From positions 1,630-65,629 of the forward strand of contig PKTF01000391.1 of NCBI GenBank assembly GCA_002869275.1: 64,000 bases of DNA, read 5' to 3'. This DNA is from Ignavibacteria bacterium (lineage in GTDB: Bacteria > Bacteroidota > Ignavibacteria > SZUA-365). The notes under the pieces were generated by a model that was not told where the DNA came from, ran no database searches, and saw only the letters and a program-made list of their open reading frames with translations. Positions 28,275-38,764 of the stretch are shown here, piece by piece; position 1 is the stretch's first letter, and each line of letters begins with the position of its first letter. Position numbers and translations under genes: made by a program.

Positions 28275-28316
28275 TCTTCACCGTTTCTTTGAACAGTTTT
28301 CCATTATCCCTTGAAT

Positions 28317-30737
28317 TTACGAAATCTCGGTGACCTTTTCAATGGATTTCTTCGTGTTCTTGCTTTTACGCGCCTTTTTCGGGAGTGCATGTTCGAGCAC
28401 TTCATCCATCTGCTCCACGAGAAGGAAGGTTATCTCATTTCGAACAGATTCCGGTATCTCCTTGAGATCGTCCTCGTTGCGTTTGGGCAGCAGTACGGTC
28501 TTGATTCCGGCACGGTGCGCGGCAAGCACCTTTTCTTTTACTCCGCCGATGGGCAGCACCTGCCCTCGGAGCGTGATTTCGCCCGTCATACCGAGATCAT
28601 TGCGCACGATGCGACCTGTCAGAAGTGACGTGAGGGCCGTGAGCATGGTGACTCCGGCAGAGGGACCGTCTTTCGGCACGGCTCCGGCAGGGACATGCAC
28701 GTGAATATCGAACACCTCACGGAAGTTTTCCGGTACCCCGAGTTCCTTGGCATTCGCGGCGATGTAGCTCATGGCGGCCTGTACGCTTTCCTTCATGACG
28801 TCGCGCACCTGGCCGGTAATAATCAGGCGTCCCTTCCCTTTCATCTTTGTCGCCTCGATGAAGAGGATGTCGCCGCCGACCGGCGTCCACGCCAATCCGG
28901 TGGCAATGCCGGGGACGCAGATGCGCTCGGCGATTTCCGGATAAAATTTCCTTGAGGTGATGTACTCCGGCAGCTTCTCGCCGGTGACCGTGATGCGCTT
29001 GGCCTCGCCTTCGGCGATACGCCGCGCCGCGCCGCGACAGACGTCCGCGAGTTTGCGTTCGAGATTGCGCACACCCGACTCACGGGTATACCGGTCGATG
29101 ACATCCCTGATCACGTCGTCGCCCAGGACGAGTTGTTTCCCCGTGAGGCCATGTTCCCCGAGCTGCTTGGGAAGCAGGTGCCTGCGTGCGATATGCACTT
29201 TTTCATCCATGATATAGCTCGGAATCTCGATGATCTCCATGCGATCGCGCAGCGCCGGCTGGATGGTGTCAAGGGTATTGGCCGTTGCGATGAACAGCAC
29301 ATTCGACAGGTCGAAGGGCACTTCCAGGTAGTGGTCGCTGAAATTGACGTTCTGTTCCGGGTCCAGCACCTCGAGTAATGCCGATGTGGGATCACCACGG
29401 AAATCCGTACCCACCTTGTCGATTTCATCGAGCACCATCACGGGATTGTTGCTGCCCGCTTTCTTGATGCTCTGAATGATGCGTCCCGGCAGGGCACCGA
29501 TATATGTGCGTCGATGTCCGCGGATTTCCGCTTCGTCGCGCACGCCGCCGAGGGAGAAGCGTACGTATTTTCGTCCCATGGCTTCGGCAATCGAGCGGCC
29601 GAGGGACGTCTTACCCACTCCCGGGGGACCGACAAAGCAGAGGATAGGCCCGCGCATGTCGTTTTTGAGTTTGCGCACGGCCAGGTATTCGAGAATGCGT
29701 TTCTTGACTCTGTCGAGTCCATAATGGTCCGCGTCCAGCTGCTTGCGTACGGATTTGATGTCGAGATTGTCCTCTGTCCGTTCCGACCAGGGCATTTCCA
29801 GCAGCCAGTCGAGGTAGTTGCGTGTGACGCTGTACTCCGCCGCGGCCGGATTCATGACGCTCAGGCGGTTGAGTTCTTTCTCGGCCACCTTGCGGATTTC
29901 ATCGGGCATGGTGAGTTCGTCGAGCTTCTTGCGCATCTCGTCGACTTCCAGCTGGTCCTTCTCCTCACCCAGTTCCTTTTTGATTGCGCGAAGCTGTTCG
30001 CGCAGAAAGTACTCGCGCTGCGCCTTGTTAATCGAGTCCTGTACATCGGCCTGGATTTTCTGGCTCAGTTCCTGCCGCTGTATCTGCCGGCTGAGCACCA
30101 TGGCGAGCTTGTTGAGAAACTCCTTCATGTCCATGGTTTCGAGGAGTTCCTGCTTCTCAGGCACCGGCGAATTGAGCATGGCCGCGACCTGGAAGGCGAA
30201 GTTGGACATGTCCTGCGTGTTCATGATCAGGTTCATCTGCTCGGGATTGGATTCCGGCAGAACCTCCTGCAGCTTCTTCAACTGCCCGCGGATCGTAGAG
30301 ACATGCGCCGACACTTCGACGTCGTCCTGTGAAACCTGGATTTCGTCGAGCTGTGCAACCTCGGCAAGCAGATATGGTTCGTCGTTCAGGAGATCGAGCA
30401 GTTTCCCGCGATGCAGTCCCTGCACGACGACGCTCTTCGAACCGTCCGGCATGGTGTAGATCTTGACCACGCGCACGACCGTACCGGTTTCATACAGGTC
30501 CTCTTTGCCCGGCGTATCCATGGAGGAATCTCGCTGGGTGAGAACCATGACCGGACGCTGCTGCTGATGCGCCTCCTCGATCAATCGGACCGAACTCGGG
30601 CGACCGACGAACAGGGGCATGATCTGCCCGGGAAAAAAGACCATGTTACGCAGGGGAAGAACAGGAAGCTGTTCACGTGCCTCCTGCGTGCTGTAGTAAT
30701 TGTCGTTCCCTGCATTCTGCTGTTCATTGTGCTGCAT
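28317..30737 (-). CDS. lon: ATP-dependent Lon protease (LonA)
   Basis: 806 aa with an N-terminal LON domain. Walker A is GPPGVGKTS. The proteolytic site is [15 protein letters not shown]. Confidence 0.98.
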   Translation of the reverse strand: MQHNEQQNAGNDNYYSTQEAREQLPVLPLRNMVFFPGQIMPLFVGRPSSVRLIEEAHQQQRPVMVLTQRDSSMDTPGKEDLYETGTVVRVVKIYTMPDGSKSVVVQGLHRGKLLDLLNDEPYLLAEVAQLDEIQVSQDDVEVSAHVSTIRGQLKKLQEVLPESNPEQMNLIMNTQDMSNFAFQVAAMLNSPVPEKQELLETMDMKEFLNKLAMVLSRQIQRQELSQKIQADVQDSINKAQREYFLREQLRAIKKELGEEKDQLEVDEMRKKLDELTMPDEIRKVAEKELNRLSVMNPAAAEYSVTRNYLDWLLEMPWSERTEDNLDIKSVRKQLDADHYGLDRVKKRILEYLAVRKLKNDMRGPILCFVGPPGVGKTSLGRSIAEAMGRKYVRFSLGGVRDEAEIRGHRRTYIGALPGRIIQSIKKAGSNNPVMVLDEIDKVGTDFRGDPTSALLEVLDPEQNVNFSDHYLEVPFDLSNVLFIATANTLDTIQPALRDRMEIIEIPSYIMDEKVHIARRHLLPKQLGEHGLTGKQLVLGDDVIRDVIDRYTRESGVRNLERKLADVCRGAARRIAEGEAKRITVTGEKLPEYITSRKFYPEIAERICVPGIATGLAWTPVGGDILFIEATKMKGKGRLIITGQVRDVMKESVQAAMSYIAANAKELGVPENFREVFDIHVHVPAGAVPKDGPSAGVTMLTALTSLLTGRIVRNDLGMTGEITLRGQVLPIGGVKEKVLAAHRAGIKTVLLPKRNEDDLKEIPESVRNEITFLLVEQMDEVLEHALPKKARKSKNTKKSIEKVTEIS

Positions 30738-30939
30738 CGCTACCTCTTGTCAATATTATCGGTTCCCGGTCCCCGGTGCATGGTTGCGCCTCACCCTCCG
30801 ACTGTGTACTTTTGCAAGAACCATGCCATGCAATAATTTCCTCTCCGCAGTGGAAGATACTGCATATTTGTCATTGTTTACTGCCACGGCCGCTGTCATT
30901 ATGGCAGATTAAGCGTTTTTTCGAGAGCAGGGGAAGCAC

Positions 30940-31398
30940 ATGATCGTTTCAAAGGCTGATATGATACAGGCCTATGTCTTCCGGACGATGAGTGATGGAA
31001 GCGTGGAGTACCTCCTTCTTCGCAGGTCGGAAGAAGAGCGCCTGTATCCCGGGATGTGGCAGATGATAACGGGACGTCTCAAGGAGACGGAAAGCGCGCT
31101 GCAGGCGGCCAGGCGAGAAATTACAGAGGAAACGGGTCTGCTTCCTGACACGCTCATAGTTGTGCCGTACATCGCTTCTTTTTACTTTCCACCTGGTAAC
31201 TCCATTCATCATGTCCCCGTATTCGCCATGGAGGCGAACAGTAACGCCGAAATCAGGCTGTCGCATGAGCACCAGGAATTTGCATGGCTTGGTTATGATG
31301 TTGCATGGAGGCGCCTGGTGTTCCCCGGTCACCGCGAGGGGCTGCGCATACTACGTGACTACTGTCTGGAAGATACACGCGCACGAGAAGAGTTCTGA
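30940..31398 (+). CDS. NUDIX hydrolase
   Basis: 152 aa. The Nudix box is GRLKETESALQAARREITEETGL. Confidence 0.8.
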   Translation: MIVSKADMIQAYVFRTMSDGSVEYLLLRRSEEERLYPGMWQMITGRLKETESALQAARREITEETGLLPDTLIVVPYIASFYFPPGNSIHHVPVFAMEANSNAEIRLSHEHQEFAWLGYDVAWRRLVFPGHREGLRILRDYCLEDTRAREEF

Positions 31399-31423
31399 GA
31401 ATTCCACCATAGGAGGCCTACGC

Positions 31424-32185
31424 ATGCATGCCCTGTCACGCCTGATCACACTTTGCCTGATCCTCGTCGGTATCGCGCTGATTCCCGCATGTGAGTTCAC
31501 AACAGCGAATATCGAACGTGCAACGATGTCTCGCTCGGTGAGTGAAGAATCCGAACCGATCGAGGAAACCTCCTCGTTCTACGCTTCCGAGTCCACCATT
31601 CACTGCTCGGTATTGATGGCGAACACTCCCGAAGGTACCGAGGTCAAGGCGATATGGTACCCTGTTCTCGAGGACGAAGAAAAGGTCATCCTCGACTCCA
31701 GCATCGTCACGATGGAAAGCAGCGGATGGATCGATTTCTACCTGCAGCTCACGCAATCGAACCTTCCCTACGGCGAGTATGCCGTCGACCTGTACGTCGA
31801 AAATACGTACGAGCAAACCGTCCCCTTCGTGATCGAACCCATGTACCCCGACAGCTACATCAAGGAAGCGGTCATCGCCCGAAGCATCAACGAAAATTTC
31901 TTCCCGACCGAGGTCACCTGGGTGTTCGATGAAGGACTCGCCAATATCTATGCCCCGATCTATGTCTCCGGACAGCCTGAGGGAACTGCGTTCGGAGCGA
32001 TATGGTATCAACATGACGCGGCAGGCGACCGTCAGGTCATCGACGCAGCGGAAATCGGCTTCGACGCAGAAGGCTGGATCGGCTTCTCATTGAATCTGCC
32101 AAACGGCCTTCCAGCAGGCAAATATTCAGCCGATATCCTGCTAAACGGTGAAGTCGAGCATACACTGGAGTTTCGTGCCGAGTAG
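31424..32185 (+). CDS. Hypothetical lipoprotein with an internal domain duplication
   Basis: AGGAGG lies 7 nt upstream of the ATG at 31424, and the lipobox is ALIPAC. Two related modules are present (AIWYPVLEDEEKVILDSS...GWIDFYL...YGEYAVDLYV and AIWYQHDAAGDRQVIDAA...GWIGFSL...AGKYSADILL). The ORF-track start at 31160 overlaps the Nudix gene. Confidence 0.65.
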   Translation: MHALSRLITLCLILVGIALIPACEFTTANIERATMSRSVSEESEPIEETSSFYASESTIHCSVLMANTPEGTEVKAIWYPVLEDEEKVILDSSIVTMESSGWIDFYLQLTQSNLPYGEYAVDLYVENTYEQTVPFVIEPMYPDSYIKEAVIARSINENFFPTEVTWVFDEGLANIYAPIYVSGQPEGTAFGAIWYQHDAAGDRQVIDAAEIGFDAEGWIGFSLNLPNGLPAGKYSADILLNGEVEHTLEFRAE

Positions 32186-32217
32186 ATCGCCACACCGGCA
32201 CAACCTGTCATTTCCTG

Positions 32218-32245
32218 GCCCCGGCACCCGCCGGGGCTTTTTTTT
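32218..32245 (+). terminator. Intrinsic terminator
   Basis: GCCCCGGC-ACCC-GCCGGGGC followed by TTTTTTTT. Confidence 0.9.
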
Positions 32246-32275
32246 GTTTTCGATAACCCTCTTTCTGACAATGGA

Positions 32276-32302
32276 TTAGCACTCCGGGTCACCGAGTGCT
32301 AC
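32276..32302. promoter_or_regulatory. CIRCE operator upstream of hrcA-grpE-dnaJ
   Basis: TTAGCACTC-N9-GAGTGCTAC has one mismatch at the last base versus the consensus. It lies about 85 nt upstream of the preferred hrcA start. Confidence 0.9.
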
Positions 32303-32386
32303 CTTGCTTCCCAGTCTCCGGAGTCGTATGTTTCATGCTGGAAATTGCTGCGGCGCCCCATCGCACCGCTCAGGAGCAGCCAAAAC

Positions 32387-33430
32387 ATGAATACGAACAT
32401 TGACCATATAGAAGACCTCAACGAGCGTGAACGCCGGGTACTGCTCTCCATTATCGAGCAGCACGTCCTCACGGCCTCTCCGATCGGTTCTCGAACGCTC
32501 TCGAAGAACTCGGAGTTGAACCTCAGTCCCGCCTCCATCCGCAATGTCATGGCGGATCTCGAGGAGCGCGGGCTGATCGGACATCCGCACACCTCGGCCG
32601 GACGCATCCCCACGGATCTCGGCTACCGCTACTACGTCAATTCCATCATGGAGTCCATCGCACTGACGGACGATGAGCGACGTTTCATCGAGGCGCAGCT
32701 GCAGGGCACGATTCCTACAGCACTGCAGGAACTCATCCGTACCAGTTCGCATATTCTCAGCCAGATTTCGCATCAGCTCGCCATTGTGTCCGCTCCATCC
32801 TTGGGACGCGGGGTGCTGCAACGGCTGGAGCTCGTGCAGGTGGCCTCTGATAAGATCATGGTTATCATCACGATCCGCTCTGGCATCGTGAAGTCCATCA
32901 TGCTGCAGATCCACACCGAAGTCGGCCGTGAACAGCTGGATAACATTACGGCGCTCCTGAACGAACGACTCGCGGGATTGACCCTCCAGGAGATCAGGGA
33001 GACCTTCGCCGACCGCATGCGCGATGCGCAGCAGGACGATCACCACGGCATCATCCGCCTGTTCATCGAATCGACCGACCGCGTTTTTTCAGAGAAACTC
33101 AATCCCGAAGCCCTCTGCATTGAAGGGATGCAGAGTGTTACACAGCAGCCGGAATTCGGTGATCCCAACAGCATGCGAAACATCATAGAACTGGTAGAGA
33201 ACCAGAACGTGATCGTGCACGTGCTCGATTCACTGAGCGGCGGCCAGTCGGTGACGATTCGCATCGGACGTGAACTGGTCGACCACAAGCTCAGTGACTA
33301 CAGCATCATCGCATCACCTTACCAGTTCGGACAGCTCAGCGGAACGGTCAGTATTGTCGGACCGAAGCGCATGGACTATCCACGGATGATCGCCATGGTG
33401 GATTACCTGGCCAAGCTGATCTCGACCTGA
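32387..33430 (+). CDS. hrcA: Heat-inducible transcription repressor HrcA
   Basis: LNERERRVLLSIIEQHVLTASPIGSRTL...LSPASIRNVMADLEERGLIGHPHTSAGRIPTDLGYRYYV. I chose the start at MNTNIDHIEDL. The upstream ATG at 32345 is also possible. Confidence 0.93.
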   Translation: MNTNIDHIEDLNERERRVLLSIIEQHVLTASPIGSRTLSKNSELNLSPASIRNVMADLEERGLIGHPHTSAGRIPTDLGYRYYVNSIMESIALTDDERRFIEAQLQGTIPTALQELIRTSSHILSQISHQLAIVSAPSLGRGVLQRLELVQVASDKIMVIITIRSGIVKSIMLQIHTEVGREQLDNITALLNERLAGLTLQEIRETFADRMRDAQQDDHHGIIRLFIESTDRVFSEKLNPEALCIEGMQSVTQQPEFGDPNSMRNIIELVENQNVIVHVLDSLSGGQSVTIRIGRELVDHKLSDYSIIASPYQFGQLSGTVSIVGPKRMDYPRMIAMVDYLAKLIST

Positions 33431-33470
33431 CGAAGAACGAAACTGCAAGAATAGATTTCAAGGAGCACAT

Positions 33471-34061
33471 ATGCCTGATCAGGATTTTCAGGAACATGAA
33501 GAACAGCAGCAACCGCCCGTCGACAACGAGGATGCCGCCCAGGATGAGGCGACCGCTCCCGACGGCGGGCAGTCTGAAAGCGGACAGCCGCAAACCGATG
33601 CTGCGCCGGAGCGGCAGACACTTCAAGACGAAAGCACTCAGCTGAAGGACCAGCTTCTGCGTAAGATCGCGGAGTTCGAAAACTTCAAACGGCGTACTCG
33701 CGATGAGAAAGACGCGTTGATGAAATACGGCGCCGAGCCCGTGCTGCGAGACCTGCTCCCCGTGCTCGATGATTTCGAACGGTCGCTCGCATCGGGGAAG
33801 GAACATCCTGATTTCGACTCCTTTTACAAGGGCGTCGAGATTATCTATGCGAAGCTTCTGAAAACGCTCGAGCAGCGCGGGCTGCGCCCGATGGACGCCG
33901 TTGGCAAACCGTTCGATGTCGACTATCACGATGCGCTGCTGCAGATTCCCAACGCAGATGTTGAACCCGGCACCGTCCTCGACCAGGCGGAAAAAGGGTA
34001 TCTTCTGCATGACAAGGTCATCCGGCACGCCAAGGTCACCGTTTCCAAAGAGGTCGAATAA
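33471..34061 (+). CDS. grpE: Nucleotide exchange factor GrpE
   Basis: 196 aa. It shows LKDQLLRKIAEFENFKRRTRDE, DLLPVLDDFERS and HDALLQ motifs. Confidence 0.95.
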   Translation: MPDQDFQEHEEQQQPPVDNEDAAQDEATAPDGGQSESGQPQTDAAPERQTLQDESTQLKDQLLRKIAEFENFKRRTRDEKDALMKYGAEPVLRDLLPVLDDFERSLASGKEHPDFDSFYKGVEIIYAKLLKTLEQRGLRPMDAVGKPFDVDYHDALLQIPNADVEPGTVLDQAEKGYLLHDKVIRHAKVTVSKEVE

Positions 34062-34081
34062 GAAGGTATGGACAAGCATTC

Positions 34082-35239
34082 ATGAAACGAGACTACTACG
34101 AGATTCTGGGACTCGACAAATCCGCGGATGATGCCGCAATCAAAAGCGCGTACCGCAAGCTCGCGATGCAATACCATCCCGACCGCAATCCGGGTGACTC
34201 CGCAGCTGAAGAAAACTTCAAGGAGGCCGCCGAGGCTTACGAAGTTCTCAGCAACCCTGACAAACGACAGAAGTACGACCGTTTCGGACATGACGGTTTG
34301 CGCAACCAGGGAGGTGGTCCGGGCTTCACCGATATCAACGATATTTTCAGCCATTTCAGCGACATCTTCGGTGGTGGATTCGGTGGCGGGATATTCGAGG
34401 AAGTATTCGGCGGAGGTCGCGGACGGCAGCGCGGTCGCAGGCAGGGTATCCCCGGTACCGACCTGAAGATTCAGCTGCCTCTGACACTGGAAGAAATCGC
34501 TACGGGCGTGGAAAAAACACTCAAGGTCAAGCGACAGACCTCCTGTGAAAGCTGTTCTGGAACCGGTGCGAAGGCTGGAACCGCGCTTGAGAACTGTGCC
34601 GTCTGTCATGGTTCAGGCGAAATTCAGCAGGTATCGCGATCGCTCTTCGGTCAGTTCGTCAATGTCGTACCCTGCACCAACTGCGGCGGAGAAGGTCGCG
34701 TAGTCAAGGACCCCTGTTTGTCCTGTCACGGCGACGGACGCGTCCAGGGTGAAAAAACGATCAAGGTGAAAGTACCGGCCGGTGTCAGCGAAGGGAACTA
34801 CATTCCTCTGCACGGACAGGGAAACGCGGGTCGCAAGGGTGGCCCCGCGGGCGACCTCATCGTCTATATCCGGGAAAAAGAGCATGAGGAATTCATCCGT
34901 CAGGATGATGACGTGCTCTATAACCTCGTCCTGAGCTTCGCCGACGCCGCACTTGGCAAGGATGTCGAAGTTCCCACCCTCGGTGGGCGCGCCCGACTGA
35001 AAATCGAAGCGGGAACACCTGCCGGCCAGATCCTCAGAATGCGTGACAAAGGCATCCAGCACTTGAACAGCAGCGGCAGGGGCGATCAACTGGTCCGTGT
35101 CCACGTATACGTACCGAGGAAAGTCTCGACGAGAGAAAAAGAGCTTCTGCAGCAAATGAACGAGATGGAAGCGTTCCAACCCACGGACAGCGAGGAGAAG
35201 AAAAGCTTTTTTGCCAGGATCTTCGATTCGTTTTCATGA
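34082..35239 (+). CDS. dnaJ: Molecular chaperone DnaJ
   Basis: The J domain is DYYEILGL...YRKLAMQYHPDRN, followed by a G/F region. Four CxxCxGxG zinc-finger repeats are present (CESCSGTG, CAVCHGSG, CTNCGGEG, CLSCHGDG). Confidence 0.97.
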   Translation: MKRDYYEILGLDKSADDAAIKSAYRKLAMQYHPDRNPGDSAAEENFKEAAEAYEVLSNPDKRQKYDRFGHDGLRNQGGGPGFTDINDIFSHFSDIFGGGFGGGIFEEVFGGGRGRQRGRRQGIPGTDLKIQLPLTLEEIATGVEKTLKVKRQTSCESCSGTGAKAGTALENCAVCHGSGEIQQVSRSLFGQFVNVVPCTNCGGEGRVVKDPCLSCHGDGRVQGEKTIKVKVPAGVSEGNYIPLHGQGNAGRKGGPAGDLIVYIREKEHEEFIRQDDDVLYNLVLSFADAALGKDVEVPTLGGRARLKIEAGTPAGQILRMRDKGIQHLNSSGRGDQLVRVHVYVPRKVSTREKELLQQMNEMEAFQPTDSEEKKSFFARIFDSFS

Positions 35240-35308
35240 ACCCGGTACAGCTTTCAAAACTCCCCTGCCTTTCCTATTTTGCATCTGATGTGAACTGAGC
35301 AACAGGCT

Positions 35309-35803
35309 GTGCATATGTGGAAACGTATTCTCGCAACGGCGCACCGCTTCGGTTTCACACGGAATGAAGCTGCCGTCGTTGTTTTCCTCTGCGCGGTCAT
35401 TATCGTCGGCACGATACTGACAGAGGTACGATCCTCCGGCGCTCGGCCGGTGGAAGATATTCGAACATCCTATGAAAAGGCCGACAGGGCGTTTGCCGAT
35501 CGCTCGACAGTCGAAATTTCGCAGGCAGACGCAGGCACAGAATCTGTCCGCGAAAACGAGAAATCGCCTGACGTGGCTCCCGCGGTAGTAAATGCCGCCC
35601 AGACCCCGCAGGCTATCGATCCGAACACTGCCACACAGGACGTCCTGACCAGCCTGCCGGGAGTCGGTCCGGCGACTGCGAGGAATATCATCGAGTACCG
35701 CCGGGAACACGGACCGTTCCGGCAGCCGGAAGATCTGCTGAAGGTACAGAACATCGGTCCAAAGAAATTCGAACGGATACGAACATTCATTACCATCGAA
35801 TAA
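35309..35803 (+). CDS. comEA: ComEA-family helix-hairpin-helix DNA-binding protein
   Basis: It has an N-terminal TM helix. The C-terminus reads IDPNTATQDVLTSLPGVGPATARNIIEYRREHGPFRQPEDLLKVQNIGPKKFERI. Confidence 0.8.
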   Translation: MHMWKRILATAHRFGFTRNEAAVVVFLCAVIIVGTILTEVRSSGARPVEDIRTSYEKADRAFADRSTVEISQADAGTESVRENEKSPDVAPAVVNAAQTPQAIDPNTATQDVLTSLPGVGPATARNIIEYRREHGPFRQPEDLLKVQNIGPKKFERIRTFITIE

Positions 35804-35839
35804 ACGCAGGCATCACAGCCTAATCTCTCGGAGGAATTC

Positions 35840-36310
35840 ATGGCACACAAACAGCCATTCGGAATTGTTGATGCAGTCCTCGTCGTTGTCATTATTGGAC
35901 TCGCCTACATACTCTTCAGGGTGATCAATGATCCCGGCCAGCAGCTCGCGTATGAAGAGGACATGAAGTGGGAATCACGCTCGCGCCTCTCCGCTCTGCG
36001 GACCGCGGAGGTGGAATACTACAACGTGCGCAGTACCTATACCAGTGACCTCGACTCGCTGATCATTTTCCTTCAGGACAGCCTTCCCAAGGATCGCATT
36101 GACAGTCTGTTCACAAACACGAAGCTGTATCTGACGGCATTCTCCTTCGATTCCATTCGCCATACTCCGAAAAGCCTCAAACCGTACCAGGTCGCCGTAG
36201 ACGACACGGCAGACGTACACCGGTATATGATCGTCGATCCTGACGGATATGGGTACATCAGTTCGCTGACTGACCCTGACGAACATAACAAGGCCTCGTG
36301 GGAGCAGTGA
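35840..36310 (+). CDS. Hypothetical membrane-anchored protein with a pilin-like architecture (degenerate)
   Basis: 156 aa. The N-terminal hydrophobic helix is FGIVDAVLVVVIIGLAYILF, followed by LSALRTAEVEYYNVRSTYTSDLDSL, which resembles the pilin alpha1-C region. The G-F-T-L-I-E prepilin motif is not conserved. Confidence 0.5.
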   Translation: MAHKQPFGIVDAVLVVVIIGLAYILFRVINDPGQQLAYEEDMKWESRSRLSALRTAEVEYYNVRSTYTSDLDSLIIFLQDSLPKDRIDSLFTNTKLYLTAFSFDSIRHTPKSLKPYQVAVDDTADVHRYMIVDPDGYGYISSLTDPDEHNKASWEQ

Positions 36311-36337
36311 TAGTGCGACGTTCTGCGTCGGCATGAT

Positions 36338-37264
36338 ATGGGCACCGCACATCATATCGGATTGGAAATTGCAGAACGGAGTTTTCGTTTTGTAGAAATT
36401 CAGCAGCAGGATCGTCAGACGACGATCCTGCGTGCTGATACACTGGAAACGGCGCACGATTACGCCTCTCCCCTCCTGTTTGATCTTCCCTTCGACAGAG
36501 ACCTCGCGCGCAGCTTCATCACGGACCTCGCATCGGTATACCATCAGCATACGGTGTATGCCGGCAGTATCTCCCTGGTGCTTCCATCCATGCTTCCGCT
36601 CGTCTGCACAGTACCGGTGGACAGAAAGCTGTCGGCTGAAGAACGCCGTGAACAGGTGGAATGGGAATGTCGCACCCTGGGCGGCCTCGCGGAAAACGTG
36701 CCGCTGAGCATTCTCTCGCACACCATCACCTCCAACGATGAAATCGCCATCACTCTGGCGGTCGCTCTGCCGCAGTCGACTGTGGATTTTCTTACCCAGA
36801 CCTGCGAACATCTCACGCTGGATCTCCATGCGATTGATATCGATCAGTTCACCATGGAGAAAATGATTCAGCTGCTGTACCCGCATGAAGCGAAAAACGA
36901 TTTCGCGGTTCTCGGTCTGCACGAAAAGCACTGTTCAGCGGGCCGGTACAGCAGCGCGCAGTATCATGGCTGCCGGCTCGGCACGGTTTCTTACAAGCAG
37001 CACTATCCTGCGCAGGCCGTGCGGCTTCTCGAAAGCCTTCCGATTCGCCAGTCGACGAATGGCCCCGGGCACGTCTATGTCTTTGGCAATGCCGCGGAAA
37101 CACATCTGACCGACGCTATCGAGGATATTCTGAAATGCAGTGTCACACGCTGCGTGCCGTTGGCGGACACTCATGTCCCCGATGCCATCCGAGACGGTTT
37201 CCAGCTCAAGGGAGAGCGTCTCTTTGACGCAGCGGCAGCAGCCGGTCTACTGGGCCTGTCATGA
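36338..37264 (+). CDS. Hypothetical protein, possibly PilM-like (actin-fold)
   Basis: 308 aa. HHIGLEIAERSFRFVEIQQ resembles the PilM IGLDIGsssIK.VEl N-terminus. The assignment is by eye only. Confidence 0.4.
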   Translation: MGTAHHIGLEIAERSFRFVEIQQQDRQTTILRADTLETAHDYASPLLFDLPFDRDLARSFITDLASVYHQHTVYAGSISLVLPSMLPLVCTVPVDRKLSAEERREQVEWECRTLGGLAENVPLSILSHTITSNDEIAITLAVALPQSTVDFLTQTCEHLTLDLHAIDIDQFTMEKMIQLLYPHEAKNDFAVLGLHEKHCSAGRYSSAQYHGCRLGTVSYKQHYPAQAVRLLESLPIRQSTNGPGHVYVFGNAAETHLTDAIEDILKCSVTRCVPLADTHVPDAIRDGFQLKGERLFDAAAAAGLLGLS

Positions 37265-37815
37265 GAATCATCGCCGGCCGACTGAAAGGCCGCAGTCTCC
37301 ACGTTCCGCGCTCCGCTACGTTTCGTCCGACCACGGATCGCGTGAAAGAATCCGTGTTCAACGTACTGGCTGGCTACGTGGACTGGGGCGACGTCTCCGT
37401 GTGTGATCTGTATGCCGGCAGCGGCGGTCTTGGACTCGAAGCGCTGAGCCGCGGGGCTGGCCAGGTGACATTCGTCGAACGCAGTAAAGCCAGCCTCGTA
37501 ACCCTGGAGCGCAACATCGAGACACTTGGCGTTTCCGCGCAGGCAATCATCATCCGGATGCCCGTGGAAAAGTTTCTCCGGCAACGGTCGATAAAGTTTT
37601 CACTGGTATTCGCTGATCCGCCGTACGCCGATGCGTTCCTCGATGAACTCAATGTTCATATCGCACCGGTCCTGCAACCAGGCGGCGTGGCGGTGGTTGA
37701 ACACGCCGGGGATCGAACGCTGGAGCCAACCTCACACCTCGAAGTTATTGACCGACGTGATTATGGAACAACATCTGTCACCTTCTTTCGACCCACAGAT
37801 GGAGAATCAGCATGA
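37261..37815 (+). CDS. rsmD: 16S rRNA (guanine966-N2)-methyltransferase RsmD
   Basis: MRIIAGRLKGRSL...RPTTDRVKESVFNVL...DLYAGSGGLGLEALSRGA...VFADPPY. Confidence 0.88.
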   Translation: MRIIAGRLKGRSLHVPRSATFRPTTDRVKESVFNVLAGYVDWGDVSVCDLYAGSGGLGLEALSRGAGQVTFVERSKASLVTLERNIETLGVSAQAIIIRMPVEKFLRQRSIKFSLVFADPPYADAFLDELNVHIAPVLQPGGVAVVEHAGDRTLEPTSHLEVIDRRDYGTTSVTFFRPTDGESA

Positions 37816-38309
37816 GAATCGCCGTCTATCCGGGTTCCTTCGATCCGGTAACCTACGGACATATCGATGTGCTCGAACGCGCCACCGATATCTTTGACAA
37901 CGTGATCGTGACGATCGCGCGCAATTCCTCGAAAACACCACTGTTCTCCACCGACCAGCGGGTGGCTCTGCTGCAGGAATCCGTCTCTCATCTCGAGAAT
38001 GTCGAGGTGGATACCTTCGAAGGCCTCATCGTCGACTATGCCAGGAAAAGGCAGGCCGTCGCCCTTGTACGCGGGCTGCGCGCCGTATCGGATTTCGAGT
38101 ATGAATTTCAGATGGCGCTGATGAACCGGAAACTCGACAGCGATATTGCCACGGTCTTCCTGATGCCTCACGAGCGTTTCACATACCTGAACTCGTCAAT
38201 CGTGCGCGAACTTGCCAGGCATCGTACCGACGTCTCGGATTTCGTCCCGGAATGCGTCCGCGAGGCGCTTGTTGCACACTTCGGGCAAACGAAACCCGAA
38301 CACACATAA
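37812..38309 (+). CDS. coaD: Phosphopantetheine adenylyltransferase
   Basis: MRIAVYPGSFDPVTYGHIDVLERA...VRGLRAVSDFEYEFQMALMNR...SSIVRE. The start overlaps the rsmD stop by 4 nt. Confidence 0.95.
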   Translation: MRIAVYPGSFDPVTYGHIDVLERATDIFDNVIVTIARNSSKTPLFSTDQRVALLQESVSHLENVEVDTFEGLIVDYARKRQAVALVRGLRAVSDFEYEFQMALMNRKLDSDIATVFLMPHERFTYLNSSIVRELARHRTDVSDFVPECVREALVAHFGQTKPEHT

Positions 38310-38376
38310 ACGCATCATATCATAACAGAACACGAAACCTCGTAGACCACTCAGTCCGAGTAAAAGGAACCAAGAA

Positions 38377-38694
38377 ATGCCCACCTATGATTACGCCTGC
38401 AAGGAATGCAACCATCGCTTTGAAGCATTCCAATCGATGAAGGATCCAGTACTCACCACCTGCCCCAGCTGTGGTGCGGAAACGCTGCAACGGATGATCG
38501 GTGCCGGCGCCGGACTGCTGTTCAAGGGTTCCGGATACTATCTGACGGATTACAAAAAATCATCTGCCTCTCCCAGCAACGGTAACGGGACAAACGGAGA
38601 CAGTACCGACGCGAAAGCAGCGACAGAGACGAGCAGTGCGGCAGCAAAGCCGGCCGCCGCAGGCGCGAAGGACAGTTCGAATACAACTGCCTGA
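38377..38694 (+). CDS. FmdB-family zinc-ribbon protein
   Basis: MPTYDYACKECNHRFEAFQSMKD...TTCPSCG, followed by a low-complexity tail. Confidence 0.85.
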   Translation: MPTYDYACKECNHRFEAFQSMKDPVLTTCPSCGAETLQRMIGAGAGLLFKGSGYYLTDYKKSSASPSNGNGTNGDSTDAKAATETSSAAAKPAAAGAKDSSNTTA

Positions 38695-38716
38695 GTGTCG
38701 ACTGTACAGGAATAGG

Positions 38717-38745
38717 AAAAGGCAGCCACGAGCTGCCTTTTTCAT
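38717..38745. terminator. Intrinsic terminator between convergent genes
   Basis: AAAAGGCAGC-CACGA-GCTGCCTTTTT. A/T runs lie on both sides. Confidence 0.8.
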
Positions 38746-38764
38746 TTCTTCGACGTCATTGTGG

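Noticed and set aside
30738-30939. Looked for a CIRCE element or a sigma32-type promoter (CTTGAAA...CCCCAT) upstream of lon
   Set aside because: There is no CIRCE-like inverted repeat. Only a weak CTTGCAAAA with no matching -10 element was seen, which is not enough to call a heat-shock promoter.
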